Positions 33,869 through 47,515 of a stretch of DNA of 64,000 bases are shown in pieces. Position numbers and translations under genes: made by a program. The notes beneath the pieces were generated by a model. The model ran no database searches. It saw only the letters and a program-made list of their open reading frames with translations, and was not told the origin of the DNA. The stretch's first letter is position 1. Each line of letters starts with the position of its first letter. Origin of the DNA: Paraphysomonas bandaiensis (taxonomy: Eukaryota > Protista > Chrysophyceae); contig CBFFRP010000283.1 of the NCBI GenBank assembly GCA_965644295.1, positions 1 to 64,000 of the forward strand, in the 5' to 3' direction.

Positions 33869-35865
33869 ATGGGTGGGGGGGTATCTCAACCTCAAGGTGA
33901 TGATATAGACAAAGAAGTGGTTGAGATTGGGATCAAAGGGCTTCCTGAGGCGATAGAGCAGGCTATATTTGTCCATGAGAGGTATCCAGTTATAATCGAC
34001 CCCACAGGGAAAGCACGGATGTTTTTGAAGTACCAGCTTGGTTCCTATATACGTCATAAGGAATTCTCTCAGACGAATTTGAATCGATCATTAGCAGGAG
34101 CGTTACTTCATGGCAAGACTTTAACTGTCGCATTTGAGGACTTGAATGGAATATCATACGAGTTTTTTGAGCCAGGATATTTTCCTAAAGAGGTTTTAAA
34201 TCGTGCTGAGCTTTACAAAGATGGTGTGTGGCAGACGATATTCAAGCCGGAAGAAGGGGATCCCTGCATTGAAGATATTACACCATCTCCAGAGTTTGTC
34301 TTTGTTTTATGCACTGCTTCTGATTTTGTTCCGGCGGAACTATTCGAGTATATGAGAGTTATCAAAGTTGTAGATCAAGACAATAAAAGCGACGATCAAG
34401 CTGACAATGAACTGGAACAAATCGCTGGTCTGTATGGTGCGACGGAAGTAATTAGGTGATATTTTACTATGGGACGTGGTTCGTTTAGAATAATGTTTTT
34501 TCTATTATATATAGAAATAGCACCGCAGTGGTGGAAGCAGGATTCGATGGTGACATCGAAGAATTGAGCTCACTAGTCGAGAAGGGTTATCACATTGAGT
34601 CTCGAGATGGTCGGAAGCACACAGCCCTATCTGAAGCCGCTTGTCAGGGCCACATTCCTATGATACAGCATCTCATTTCACAAGGTGCTGACCCGAATAC
34701 TGCCAATGACACCGGACGCACACCGGTGTGGCGGTCCTGCTTTAATGGCCACATGGAGGCCGTCAAGGTGCTATTAGAGGCTGGAGGAGACCCAGACTGC
34801 CGCGATAATACATCAATGGAGACTGCTTATGATGTTGCAAAGACAGATGAGATTCGTGAGCTCATTGTAAGTAGTATACACTGACAATTATATTTTGACT
34901 GTGTGGACTCAGGGCGGCTGGGATAGGAGTATCACAGAAAAACTCAAGGAAAAGCGCCGACAAGAAATACAGGCCAGTGCCGAAGCTCGTATTCGCACGT
35001 CAGCGGAGAGAGAAGAATTAGCAAGACAGAAGCTCCGATGTGAGGCAGTTGAGCTAGCAACCGCTAAAGATCTTCCTGGTCTCAAAGAATTCTTCAATAC
35101 GATAGTAAGCGAGGCAGAGCAGACATCCACGAAACCCAGGTAAATAGACCACGTGGTGCGTTGTATGCTATAGCTTATAGTGTGTAGGTTGACAGTAGAA
35201 TGTCGGAATAACACTGGTCAATCACTTCTCTCCATTGCGACTCAAAACAATGACGTGCCTATGGTCGAGTTCCTGCTGACCCATTGGAAGACTTGCGATA
35301 TGGATCGGTGGGATTTGTCGGAGGGGGAGATGAGTGTCGAAGCGAAGGTGTACAAGACCAACCCGAATTCAAGAGATCTCAAGGGGTGGAGCTGCGCGTG
35401 CATAGCAGTATTTCACGACTCACGAGCAGCATTGGCTCTCTTATTGGAACATGGGGCTGACCCTAACCTCCGCTCTTCCTATAACAAGAACGCATGGGAC
35501 CTTGCCAAGGTACGACGCTGTATATCAGAACGAATGTATCGTAAATTTCATGGAAATAGGACGAACTGGATGCAGCAGAAAAAGTAGTTCGCAGTCGGAA
35601 GGAAATTAGGCAGGTGCTAATAGACCACGATAACTCTTCAGCTACTTTATTCGGGAGGAGCTCATCCCAACAAGCAAAAGAATGTAACATGTACAAAGAC
35701 CTAGGGGAAGATGGCAGCCCTATTGTGATGCAGCAAGAAATGGAGAAAGAGATGCAAGGCTCTACAAGTAAGCCTGCCTCAAATAAAGGAAAAGGAAAAC
35801 CTACTAAGAAAGACGGGAAAAAAGAGTCTTCTGTTAGTAAAAAGAAGAAGGGTGGGAAGAAATAG
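33869..35865 (+). CDS. IQANK1-related ankyrin-repeat protein with MG- myristoylation-type start (5 exons)
   Basis: YPVIIDPTGKARMFLKYQ..LAGALLHGKTL domain like the IQANK1 C-terminal region; ankyrin repeats (HTALSEAACQGH, GRTPVWRSCFNGH, GQSLLSIA, LLLEHGADPN); Lys-rich tail. Confidence 0.72.
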
Positions 35866-36299
35866 TTTAATAGTGTTTCATGTGTGTTCTACTACAATAT
35901 TTTGAAGTGAAGTCCTCTGAGCTGTGTTTAGTTCTGCTGTTTGATACGTATTGTGCGATTGAAGAGAGTTAACAGTGTGGAATAGGTGTGACGAGAACAT
36001 TGTAGAAAAGGGTGAATTTAGTTACGAAGGAAGTAAATTCAGTTACTGATGTATGTCTAATGTTTACGTATTACGATATTTATGCATGTGCTGTTGACTC
36101 AAGATCATATGATAAACATATGTGACGGAAAGATTTTCTCCAGATATTACATGAATATTATGTGCAGTGTTTAGACCAATGTTTTCAATACTTTCATGTA
36201 TATGGATATCTTAGAATTTAGCGTTGTGTGCAATAAAGCAAGTTAAATGTTGATATTAATTTTTTATAGTACAAAACCAACTGCCATGACATGACATGC

Positions 36300-37375
36300 T
36301 CCAAAGCAATGCATCTGAGAGGGCGTGCTGCAAGTTGTATGAAGTGAAATCATTCAGCTCAGCCTTGGTCGAAATAGAGCCAAAACAATATGTGGCCTTG
36401 ATCCCGACAAGACTACATGCACCGATTGTAGCTACCTGCTAGATTCTCTAAAACATAATAATATGTTCCTTGACTGCACCCGTGATTCTGTCACTCTAAT
36501 ACGAGATTCGGCCTTTTAGATGCACTAAGAAAGGCGTGAAGAATCCTTACGACGCGAGACACTGCCGCCTTGGATCACCCCGGTGTATGAACGATCCTCT
36601 CCAGTAAAGCGCGGGACTCATCATTCCCTCAAGTTGAAAGATTCTGGACAGACACCATAACTCAAACCTCAAACTCTACTCAAAGCTGTCTGTGGCTCAC
36701 AAATTCACTGCAGTCTGACCTCGTTTGCAGCGGCCAAACAGATGCTTCAAGGTCGCAGTTAACGCAACGCTGCTTTTTTACTTGAGGGTTCCACACAGAC
36801 TTCCTCCCAGAGGACGTAGTAATCAGTGACTCAGGCAAAGATATCCGCCATCTACAATTCGACTTCCAACTATCGCCACACAACCACACTTCGGACCCGA
36901 TGGTGCCTCAGCAGAGAATCACAGCTGGGCGAAGGAACACATCCCAGCTCTATTTACATGACACGTCCAATAATGTATATACTGCAGTCAGCGGTGCCCC
37001 GAGACTCTACATTGCACCATCCATCACTCCCTCGGAACACTATCCTCTCATCTACATAACGCTGACCCTCCCTTAAGCTTCGTGGAACCTTACCCAAAGG
37101 GCGCCCCCCTGATCAACCGCACGTTGACACCGAAGGACTATACGTCCGTGGGCAGCTCCCACACATACTCAAGAGCGAAAGTGGTTGCACCTTAGTGCTT
37201 GCGGTGACGCACAAACAGCTTTCGTAGCGTTACATTATTAATAGGGGATGAGAATTTGTACTTGTTAGTTGCAGGTAGACGCCTATCTAGCCTGACTAGT
37301 TTTCATCTAGCTTCTTATCTAGTGCAGATTCTTGACGTCTATTGCCGCTAATAATACGACTAGAATAAAGACTGT
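36300..37375 (+). mobile_element. degraded 3' fragment of a related LINE (not in the ORF track)
   Basis: Broken translation GRNRAKTICGLDPDKTTCTDCSYLLDSLKH..MFLDCTRDSVTLIRDSAF..PQVERFWTDTIT..EPYPKG-RPPD aligns to the C-terminus of the 22191 ORF; followed by the shared 3' UTR (AAGTGGTTGCACCTTAGTGCTTGCGGTGACGCAC at ~37179). Confidence 0.88.
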
Positions 37376-37664
37376 TCAGGTAGCATTTTATATTTGTTAG
37401 TAAGCTGACGCAGACTTCTACGTCATGCATGATATGTATACACCAGTGCAGGGGCGCCCATAGACTCTACTCTGCGTTTATATGTCTAATCTGAATTTAT
37501 AAAACCTGGAAAATATCTTCTACCAGCTCTTCAAAACTGACATTTATGGGCACTATAATGTAGCAAACACTTGTCGATTACAACATTCGTCTGCATTCAT
37601 TAACAACACGACACACCGCAAAAGCCTGAACTACAACTAGAACTCTGTCGCTGCCTCTTAGAAT

Positions 37665-39476
37665 CTAAGCACCTCCACGTCCCTTAAACTTGTTAACACC
37701 TTTTCTCATCCCTCTACCCATCATTCCAGCCATACCCCCGCCACCCATGGCTTCGGATACCATGTTCTTTCCTCTACCCCCTCCACCAGGACCTAACCCT
37801 ACGCCTTGCGATGGGGCGCCCGGCTTCTCGCTTTGTGGATTTCGAACGGTCTCATCTATTCCCAGTATACAGCACGCAGCCTCGGTTGCGGCAGCAATTG
37901 AATTGAGCTTGTTGGAAGCGGGCTCCCACACTCCCACTTCCAGTGTATTGCAAATGCCTTCATTGAGCACATCCACTCCCATCCATACTCCTGAACCATC
38001 AACACCAGTGGCATGCTCTTTGCGTAAAAGATTGAGAACATCAGTACTATCAATACCAGCGTTGTCTGCAAGCTGTCGTGGGATCACCTCCAGGGCACGG
38101 GCAAAAGAAGTCACAACCAGCTGCTGTTTGCCCACAATTGTCCTTGCATGCTCCCGCAGCACCTTTGAGAGTTCTAGCTCTATCGCTCCACCACCTGCAA
38201 CGATGGATCGGCTGGCCAGAGTGCGCTTGACAATCATGATGGCATCGTGTACAGAGCGTTCAGTTTCCTCGAGGAACTGTTCACCTCCCCCACGCAACAC
38301 AATGGTGGCGGTTTTTGCCTTCAGACATCCTTTGAAAAAGTTGTACCTCTCATCACCGAGACCTTTCTCCTCAAAGAGAGCACACTCGCCAAGGACATCG
38401 CCTGTGAGCCCATTTACAGAGGTTTGTACAGCAGCGCCAGTGGCCTTGGAGACTCTATCAAGGTCATCCGTTGCCACTCTTCCTGCACAAAATATTCCCC
38501 TATCGGCGAAGTACTGTGTAGCAAGATCACCGATTGGTAAGCGAGAGAGAACCACATTGGCGCCACACTTTACGCAGTTATCAAGCTTCTCATAAATAAT
38601 ATTCCACTCAGCATCCACAATAGACTGGTACTGGTCGGGGTCAGTGATGCGTACCTCAGCATTTTCTTTCTCGCTCTTTAGTTCCAGCTCTACATTTAGC
38701 AAAAGAATCTTCGGTTTGTTTAAGTGCTTCGGCTGTTGTTCAAACCCCGCATAAGCAAATGTTTTCTTAAAGGCCACACCATCGATGAGCTGGGAGTCCG
38801 TTACAGATCCACCAGTAATTTTCTTAATCCCTATGAGCTTGATGTCGCAAAACTGCTGATCAAGAGACATTACCGCATCTACAATCATTGGGGAAAATAT
38901 GTGTTTCTGTCTGGCAATAAGTTTAGAATTTAAGGCAGTACCAGCACACTTCTCCAGTAATGCGCGGAACTCTTCACCCTCGCGCTTAATCGCTAACTTC
39001 TCTATAGTCTTGCATGCAAGGAGGGAGGCCTCGCGCAGCCCGCGAATAACAATACGGGGATGTAAGCCATCCTCAATGAAGTCCTTGACTTCCTTCAATA
39101 TCTCTGCTGCAAGAAGCACCACAGAGGTTGTTCCATCTCCTACCTCAGCATCCTACTCAATGCACAATATATTAACACAGAATAAACGAACACCCTGAAC
39201 AGTGCCTCTGACCTGTGCCATGCTGATATCCACAAGCGTCTTAGCGGCCGGATGAACGATATCCAGCAATTTCATTATAGTTGCACCATCATTGGATATT
39301 GTAGTTTTCTGACCATTACTCATCAGTTTATCCATCCCTCTTGGTCCCAGTGTTGTGCGTACAGTCTCTGCCACAGCCATACAAGAATTAATATTTGACA
39401 CAATTTGAGACTTTCCCTGACTGGTGTCAGTTCCCTCTCTCAACAGGATTATCTGGGGTTGAAAAGCCGTATTCAT
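37665..39476 (-). CDS. CCT7: T-complex protein 1 subunit eta (2 exons)
   Basis: [72 protein letters not shown] are eta-type; intron ~39155-39212. Confidence 0.96.
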
Positions 39477-39982
39477 GATGGTATCAAATCACTATATCAG
39501 CCTCTCTAGTGTATAATTCGATTTAAAATGCATGTCTGATGTGCACCTCATAATTCCTCAGTGCCGAATAGGGTGAAAGATGGAATACTGTATGTATACA
39601 GTTCAAATACGTTTCTGGACATGAATAAGATAGAAGATGGGTGTACAGTTGCTGTGTGTACACTCCTTGTAGAGACATTTTCAGTATATTGAAAAAATTT
39701 CAGTCTTCAGTTTTCCGTTTCATTTCTATAGGCTGGTATGAGTTGCAGTGTGTCGTATATAGCAATGGAATGATATTTAAGCTGGTAATGTTTGTATCAC
39801 ATCATGATGAATTGCTTGAGTAAATAGTCTATACCTCACCAACCTCCAGATTTGAGTATTTTATTGTCGTTAATTAGATATCGTTATTGTCATAATGTCT
39901 TGTGTTACAAATGCATTAATGTATTGTTACATCAGTGACTGAAAGTTGAGTATATTCATCCATATCTCCCCATTCATAAAAT

Positions 39983-42900
39983 ATGAATCGACCATTGACG
40001 ACAGACGAGAAGCCGTTTTTCAAGCCTAGAAAAACGCCCTTTGTTCCTCAGTCGCCATATGGAAGGCCGATGACGTCGTCTATAAAAATTGACAAGTCGT
40101 CCATCATATGGAGAGACTTTTTGAATGGGGTTAAGCGACGAAAACGCCTTCTGAATCATATCAGAAGCGTAGCGATAGATGAAAATGACCTTACATCTAC
40201 TTTGAAAAGGCTTTTAATGGAGGTCCGTCAAATTACACTTAAGGTTATAGAGGACGCATTGGAGATAGAGTATCGTTCTCAGTTTGGTGAAGTAAAAGCC
40301 CCAATACGCGCAGGAACTGCGATGCAATTACCACCATTGTCGAGTTTTAGAGGCTTAGAAGGGAAAGAAGACTTATATATGCTATCTGACATCGTATCGG
40401 ACTGCGACGACTTATATAAGATGCCTAACATACAGGCATTTTTGCCTCTCGACTTTCCACATACGCGCAACCCGTTCATTTTAGGGAAGGATGTGGACGC
40501 CCTTGCGGTACTAGACTGCCCTAGACCTGAAGCGGGAAACATGGCTATGGAATTAAAGGCTCTTGAGTTTCTACGTTACAAGCGCGCCGCAAAGGCTCTT
40601 TTGCGGGCAGAAGCACAGGTGATGAATAGAATGCCCCTCACACTCGAAGACGTTGAATACCTCTGGCAGCAGCTGCCCAAGGACAGGAACGCCAGCATTC
40701 TTGTTCGTTCTGTCATAACGCTGCTTCATGAGGATAACACTCACCACTCTCAGCGTGGTCCAGAGCTTCGATATCTTGTGGACGATGCTATATATGTAGA
40801 TCCACCGGAGTTTCTTCGTCTGCTGAATAAGTACGAGAAGGGGGTTGTATACAGTATCGATCTCCTTGCTGCTGTGCGCCACGTTCTCAAAGAATGCTCG
40901 ACTAAAAATTTTACTGACATTGCGTCAGCATATCTTACAGAATGGGTTAGATTAATTGTGGGGATCAATTGTTTCAAGGGAGAGGGCCCCGGAATGCACC
41001 CGGAGAGGGCGGAACAGAGAAGTTCCAGTCAGTCCCCGAAGAGAAAGAAGCGGGCACAGTCCACATCTCCTCCCAAAAAAGGAAAGTCTTACAAACGGGA
41101 AGAGTCATCAGATGCGGAATCGATTGGCTCTACATCGAAGTCTACGCGTCGTGGTAAGAGAAATGACGAGGGAGGGTTTGGAAAAAAGAAATCGGGGATG
41201 AGGGCTTCCATTGACTCTCAGGATAGCATTAGTGTAGATGATAGCACTCCACAAAAGAAAACTTCTAGTAAGCCATCACCTGAAAAAAAGAAGAAGAAGA
41301 AAAAGGAAACAGCAGCTGCTTCCTCAGATCCACTGAAGGACCTTATGAAGATAGGGCCTAAGAAATCGAAAAAGGGGCGTGTCGACGATGAGGATGTATC
41401 CATGGACCAAATTAATGCACTTAAGTACGAGATCATTAAGATGCAGCAGGAATTGCTCAAGCGTAAGATTCTTGACCCAAAAAATTTCGGCGTTCTTCCT
41501 GCGAAGATGTATGGTCCAACTGTGGCTGCTGCTGATGAAAAGGATTCCTCAAAGAGTGTTGGCATTGGAAAGAACGCCGCGAAAAAGGTGGACCCGATGG
41601 AGCTTATGGCTAAGGTAGAAGTTGAAGAAGCTGGAGAGGAGCCAGAGTTTGTTATGGAACTGCGGAAGAGTGCGGAGCGATTGAATGCACTGGTGCTGCT
41701 GCGTGAGCCGATGCCTCTTAGATTTAGCAACGGTGGATTTGTGGAGGTTTTGGTTGATTCCAACAAGTCCACCATATACACCCAATACCGACGCACAATA
41801 GAAAAAAATGAAGAGGAAGACGATTCTTATTCGGACGACGGACTGGAAGAGCCAACCAAGGAGCAGCAAATCATTGTTTTTAACGCACTCAATAAACTCC
41901 TCTTCGACAGGCTTACGGGGCTAAAGATTGACCCCATTGTGGAGATGCCAGAGAAGCTTAGGGCTAATCAATTGTCCGGATTCTTGGGAACTGTTCAACG
42001 GCACTTGGACCGACTGGGAAAACCAGATGTTCTCCGACAGCAACTGGTGTACGATATAGACATGTGCGTTGTTAGCGAAGTTCTTTCTTCAGGCAATATT
42101 GCTGTAGATGTAACTATTGAAAGAGTGGAAAGTAGCCCAGGGCTTGCTGTGCGTGCCATACCCCGGTCAGGTTCTCTTTATTCCGCGGAGAGAATGGACA
42201 ATACACCAATAACTCTATTCGTTCATGACCGGGAGCTGATGGTTCTCCTCATCAATCAGAGGGGACTCTACACATTGGCACTCACAAAATGGAGCTGCTT
42301 GGAAATGGTGGCAAGGTGGTTGCTAGGACGTATCAAAATCAATAGAATTCCATTTCCTATATATAAAAGCCAGAACAAAGTAGGTTTCGACAACACGGGA
42401 CGAATTGCAGATGCGACAGAAATAGATGACAATGTTACAAAAACTTATTTTGAAGTAGATATTGACAGATCAGTTGATTTGATGCCAGAGGTGAAAGACT
42501 TCTGGAGGGCTCGTAGTGTACCAACTCTGAATGGCGTAGTTGTGGAATGTGATGTGACTGCTCACCAAGACCTCGAAATGTTGTACATAACTGTAGATGT
42601 AGAGCTCTTGTTTCTTCATCCTTCAGTAATAGAGCGCAGGAAGAAAGAAAAAGAAATAGCGAATGCCAAGAGAGCAAAGTTGATCAGGTTTGTGACTCCT
42701 TATGATGACGACCACGCGCTGGACCAGGAGATTGAAAACACCTGGGACATACCGTTCGAGACTGATCCAGAGGTCGAACGACATCACCTGAAATTCTCGT
42801 TTGGTCTCACTGGTGACGAACTCCTAATGTTTGGTTGTGGAGAATCGTTGGACGACAAGAAGATCAAATCAAAGGATCAGGGATACCAGTCGAACACTTT

Positions 42901-45900
42901 CATGAAGAATGTCCTTGGACGGCTGTCCTTACATTTTCTTGGATCTAAGAATCAGCCACATGATGAGGAAAAGAACTGTATTGCCGAAGAGAATTGGGAA
43001 TTGAAGTACAACCGCCGTTTGATGAGAGACGTCCGTACGATATCTGGCGGTGTAATGGTGGTCATAGCGTCCGGAGTTGGAGGAGAAATTCTCTTTGAGG
43101 CAACGCCCACAGATTCACTGCTGTATGGAGAGGTTCGTTCAAATAGTGTGTACTATTTGCAATCATTTAATGTGTTTTGTTGGTAGGTGGGACCAAAGTT
43201 GTTTTCTGTATCTGAACTTGACGAAATCGTTCTCTCCGAAGGCTGGTCAACTGACTTGTTGGAGCCATCCAATCGCGTGAATTTGGCTCATCGTGTACTT
43301 GAGAAAATGAAATGCGTCTTTGATAATGAGAGGTATCGACTGGAGTTCTATACTTTCCCAGAGACAAGATTGCTAGAAATAGTAGTACAAGGTACTGTGA
43401 ACAAAAGCGAAAACTCTATTGGCAGCGTAGAAATCGACAGTCAATTGACATTGAATGATCTTCGTGTAGTACTGAATCACGAACTTGATCGTGATTTACT
43501 TCCGAAGTTATACAGATTTATGTATAAAGGCGCCGTTTGTGCGCTGAAGCAAGAACCATTTCGCAAGGCATGGGATTGCTTGCCGAAGTGTTTTCTTCAA
43601 TCCAAAACTGTTCGAGAAGTAACTAGAAGTAAGGACACGACTGATAAGGCTCAAGAAGCTATAGATAGAGCTGTTGCCAAAGCCAGGAAAGCTGAGGAAG
43701 AAGCACAGAAAAAGAGCAAAGCTGGAAAAAAACTTGTTCCAGTTCCCATACAGACTCTTTGCTTGGCTCAGGAAGGGGTTTGGCATATATTAACACGGCA
43801 CGACATCACCGGTATTATTTTTCCTGGTGATGTATTGCGCATAGGCCACATTGAAAGTTCTGATTATATTGTTCCGATGACGTTTTCCCGCACACTTGAA
43901 CTGGCTTCAGCGGGCGCGGAGCTACCTGATGGTACAATAAATGAAGCAGCTAAGCCTGTAAAGACTATTCCTATCGACAACTACTTCCTGACTTATGGGG
44001 AGTCAGATTTATTTATCACCGGTAATATTCCCTTTTCTGAAGTCCCGGTGCCCACCCCAAGGGATGAGGACATCCCCGAACCTGAGGTCTATTTTGATGA
44101 AGAGGGAAATGCAGTGGTAGTCGAAGCCCCGAAGGTCGACCCGGAGACGCTTATTGATCCTGTGTTTCGGTACCCTGCGATTGAATCTGAGGAGTCCAAG
44201 GAGGAAGAAGACACTGTGCCGGATATGGTTGCGCCTTCGAAACAAGTTTCTAAGTCTTTAACCAGATCATTTTCTGATATGAATATGCGAAATGATGAAA
44301 AAGAAGTGATTGCTGCATCCCTTCGTAAGGAGAAGGACAAAGCAGAGGCCAAAGCTCGCAAGGAGAAGTCCACCAATAAACGTCCACCTGGAAAAATATT
44401 TAAGGATTTGTGGCTGTGGAAGTGCATTCCGCGATCAGAAGACAACCGCCCAAGATGGCGCCAGCAATACGACAATGGAGAGATATCATATACGTACCTA
44501 TACCGCGAGCGTCCTCCTGTACCAAACCCAACATATTTCCATGTAACTGTGTCATTGGCGTTGATGGAAGAGTATTGTAAGGATACTCGATGTCAGGATA
44601 TGTCGCCATATACTCAGCGAGTAAATCTTGTTCCCCAAATTGCTATCGACTTCTACACGGAGCAAATGTACGACCACCTTGTTACCATGGCACCTCCAAG
44701 TACAACGAAGGGCATCGACGAAGATAAGTTTATGGCGATTATGAAAACGTTGAACATATTTCCTGATATGCATAAACCCCAGCGACAGTCTCAACTAAGC
44801 CTTGCGTTCTTCCGCGAAGTGAACGGCAAGGAGGGTGATGAGACATACTTAAACTACTACGGTTTTTGCAATCTAATTCAAGAAATAGCTTTGATTCGTT
44901 TTCCGGCTGGTATGTTTGATCTGGATGGACCGGAGGCAAGTCACAACAATATATACGCAGCTCCTGGTGATGGTCCGCCAGTTCCTCCCGCAGTAGATGC
45001 CTCGGATAATGCTAGTGTAGACAGTTCAGCTGCTGACAGTACTGCTAGTGGCAGTTTGAAACGCCCAGCTCTGACCAAACGAGCCCAAGTGAAAACCAAG
45101 AAGAAGACTGTGACGCAAAACAAGAAGAACAAGCTTCTTGCAATGGAAAACTCACTTCTCTCACAAGTGGATCCAGCTCATGCTGCAATAGCGTACAGAA
45201 AGTTTGTCACCGATTATTTTATTACTGTGAAGAAAATATCGGATGCTGTTTGGGAGCACGCCAAATCCTTGGCAATGGATATTGAAGCTGTAAAATACGC
45301 TGCTGCCACTCGCATCATGACTGTTTGGCGAAGAGGATACCATCTTTCGAACTACAAGACGTTCAGGAAGGGTATGGTATTCTTGCAATCGTATATTCGG
45401 ATGAGACAAGCGATTGTGCGAATTAGAAATCTACTTCGACTATACACCGAGGACTGGCTATTTCGACTAAGGTATCATGCTGCAATACTGGCACAGAGTT
45501 CAGTGAGGAGATATCTCTGCCGCTGCTGGTATATTAAGACAATGACGAAGATTAGAGATAGAGAAATAGTCGTGGCAAAAGCACGAAGGCAGCGACAGAG
45601 CAAATTGCGTAAGAGAGAGCGAAAAGGCATTGTGTTTAAACAAATTCGGCGTATCAATGGAATTATGGTTATGCTAATTCTACGACGTAAAGATCAGAGA
45701 AATTATAGCAATGATTATGGAATGAAACTTGAAGTCTACAATCCAGATTTTCAGGCCATCAGTGTTTTCATCATTGAGGAAGTTGATTTGCGAAAATACA
45801 TGCAGGAGATTTTACAAGTAGATGCTTTGAGCATCGGAGACCTTTTGAACAAAAATAATCTTGAAAAGGTCATTTCAGTTCGTCTACTGTGTCGACGGTC

Positions 45901-47515
45901 GAAGCGAGTAGGAGACGCTCCAAAGCTTATTCTTAGCAGACAAGCGCTCGGACAGAAGGGTCCTAAGATAATGACGAGGGGACGAAATATCAAAGGGGAG
46001 CTGTTCATGTGTTCATTGTACGAAACTGGGTACGACATTGTTGTACAGTGCTATCATCAGCGTACTAGCAAAATATTTCCATGTACTATCCTTCACTCTG
46101 CAATGACAGAATGGGTGACGAAGGAATATATTAAAACATGTAGTTCTGACATTGAGAAGCAGCTTCAGCCACCACTTCTACGGTCTGAAAATAGGAATCA
46201 GTTACACCATTGGCTTATCAACAACATTGTTGTCGATAAGAGATATGGAAAATTTCAAGTAATGTTTGCTTTCCAATTGAGAAAGGGTGTTAAGATGGAT
46301 TCGATTATTAAGATACAGTCAGTATTCCGTATGTGCATACAACGCATGAAAATACCCAAAATAGTAGATTCATACAGCCTGAAGGTTAACTCAGATAGTT
46401 TTGAAAGCAGTCACCCTTATTATCTCAATATATATACTGGGGAGTCATCATGGTACAAGCCATCCCTATTGAAAGAGCACCAGGACCTCCCGACGCAACC
46501 CATGTATAAGTGGGTCCAATTACCATACTCTGTTGACCCCCTCTATGTTAACCCGCTCACTGGAAAATACACACACTATACGACTGACGGCGCCGCTCGA
46601 ATAATACAGTCATTAGTAAGGAACTGGTTGATGAAGCCTTTCCGTCTCCCGAAAGACAAGTTTATAAGAGCTGCGACATTTGAAAGAGAAGTACAAAGTT
46701 GTTACGAAAGAGAACCCCGTAGACTTGCTTTCATTCTTAACTATGCTCTTATTGCCTTCTGCGTCCGCCTAGATTATCGACTTGCGCGCCAGCTAATATT
46801 AGAGGCACTTGATCTAGCTGACACGAATCCGCTCACCACGAGGCTCCATGCCGTATTCCTAATATCCACTTGCGAAGCTCCGCTTGCTGTGAATCGTGCC
46901 CACGCCGACAGCTTGTTGCAGGATGCAGCTAGGCGAGATCCTGAGGGCCTAAAGTTCAGAACAGCGCTGAATTTGTTCTTCAAATATGGTTGCTACAGAC
47001 AGCCTCGTAATGCGCGGACGTTACTGCACCTAGGTCTAGCAGAGTATTACGTGTATAAGAATATGGTCAATGCTGAAGTCTGTCTCCGTCGTGCTGTTTC
47101 CCTTGCACCTTTTGACTCTTGTGTTATGGAGAATTGGAAACGTCTTCGAGATGACTTTCCTGAGAAAAAGCTTGTTTATAGACCTAGAGGCCGCTTGGAA
47201 AAAATTAACGCAGAGGTGGGTGGGAAACGGACGACTATTCATGGGCGTCCAGTGGTGGAAAATCCCGAGTGGGCAGGATGGGTATTTGTTGAAACAGACC
47301 CGATGTTCAAGGATAATGATGCTGAAGAATACTGGTACAACCCTGCTACGGGTGAGTCACAACCGTTTATACCAGAAAATTGGCACCGTCAATGGGAACT
47401 CAGGGTCCTTCGAAGTGTGTTCGAGGGTGAAGTGAACGGCCTCGAGCATTACTTTGACCCAGCCACGTCCACATATTTTCATAGGCATGTGCTGACAGAC
47501 ACTTACCAGTCGTAG
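39983..47515 (+). CDS. ~2,490-aa uncharacterised protein with IQ motifs, WW-like domains and TPR-like region (intron 43133-43186)
   Basis: Two long ORFs joined in frame by GTTCGT..GTAG; IQ-like LQSYIRMRQA, AQSSVRRYLCR, IQSVFRM, IQSLVRNW; WW-like YYLNIYTGESSWYKP, YWYNPATGESQ; TPR-like LLHLGLAEY..LRRAVSLAP. Confidence 0.8.

Noticed and set aside
37690-38595. 301-aa plus-strand ORF and similar antisense ORFs over CDC48, sulfatase and the LINE
   Set aside because: Shadow frames of real genes on the opposite strand.
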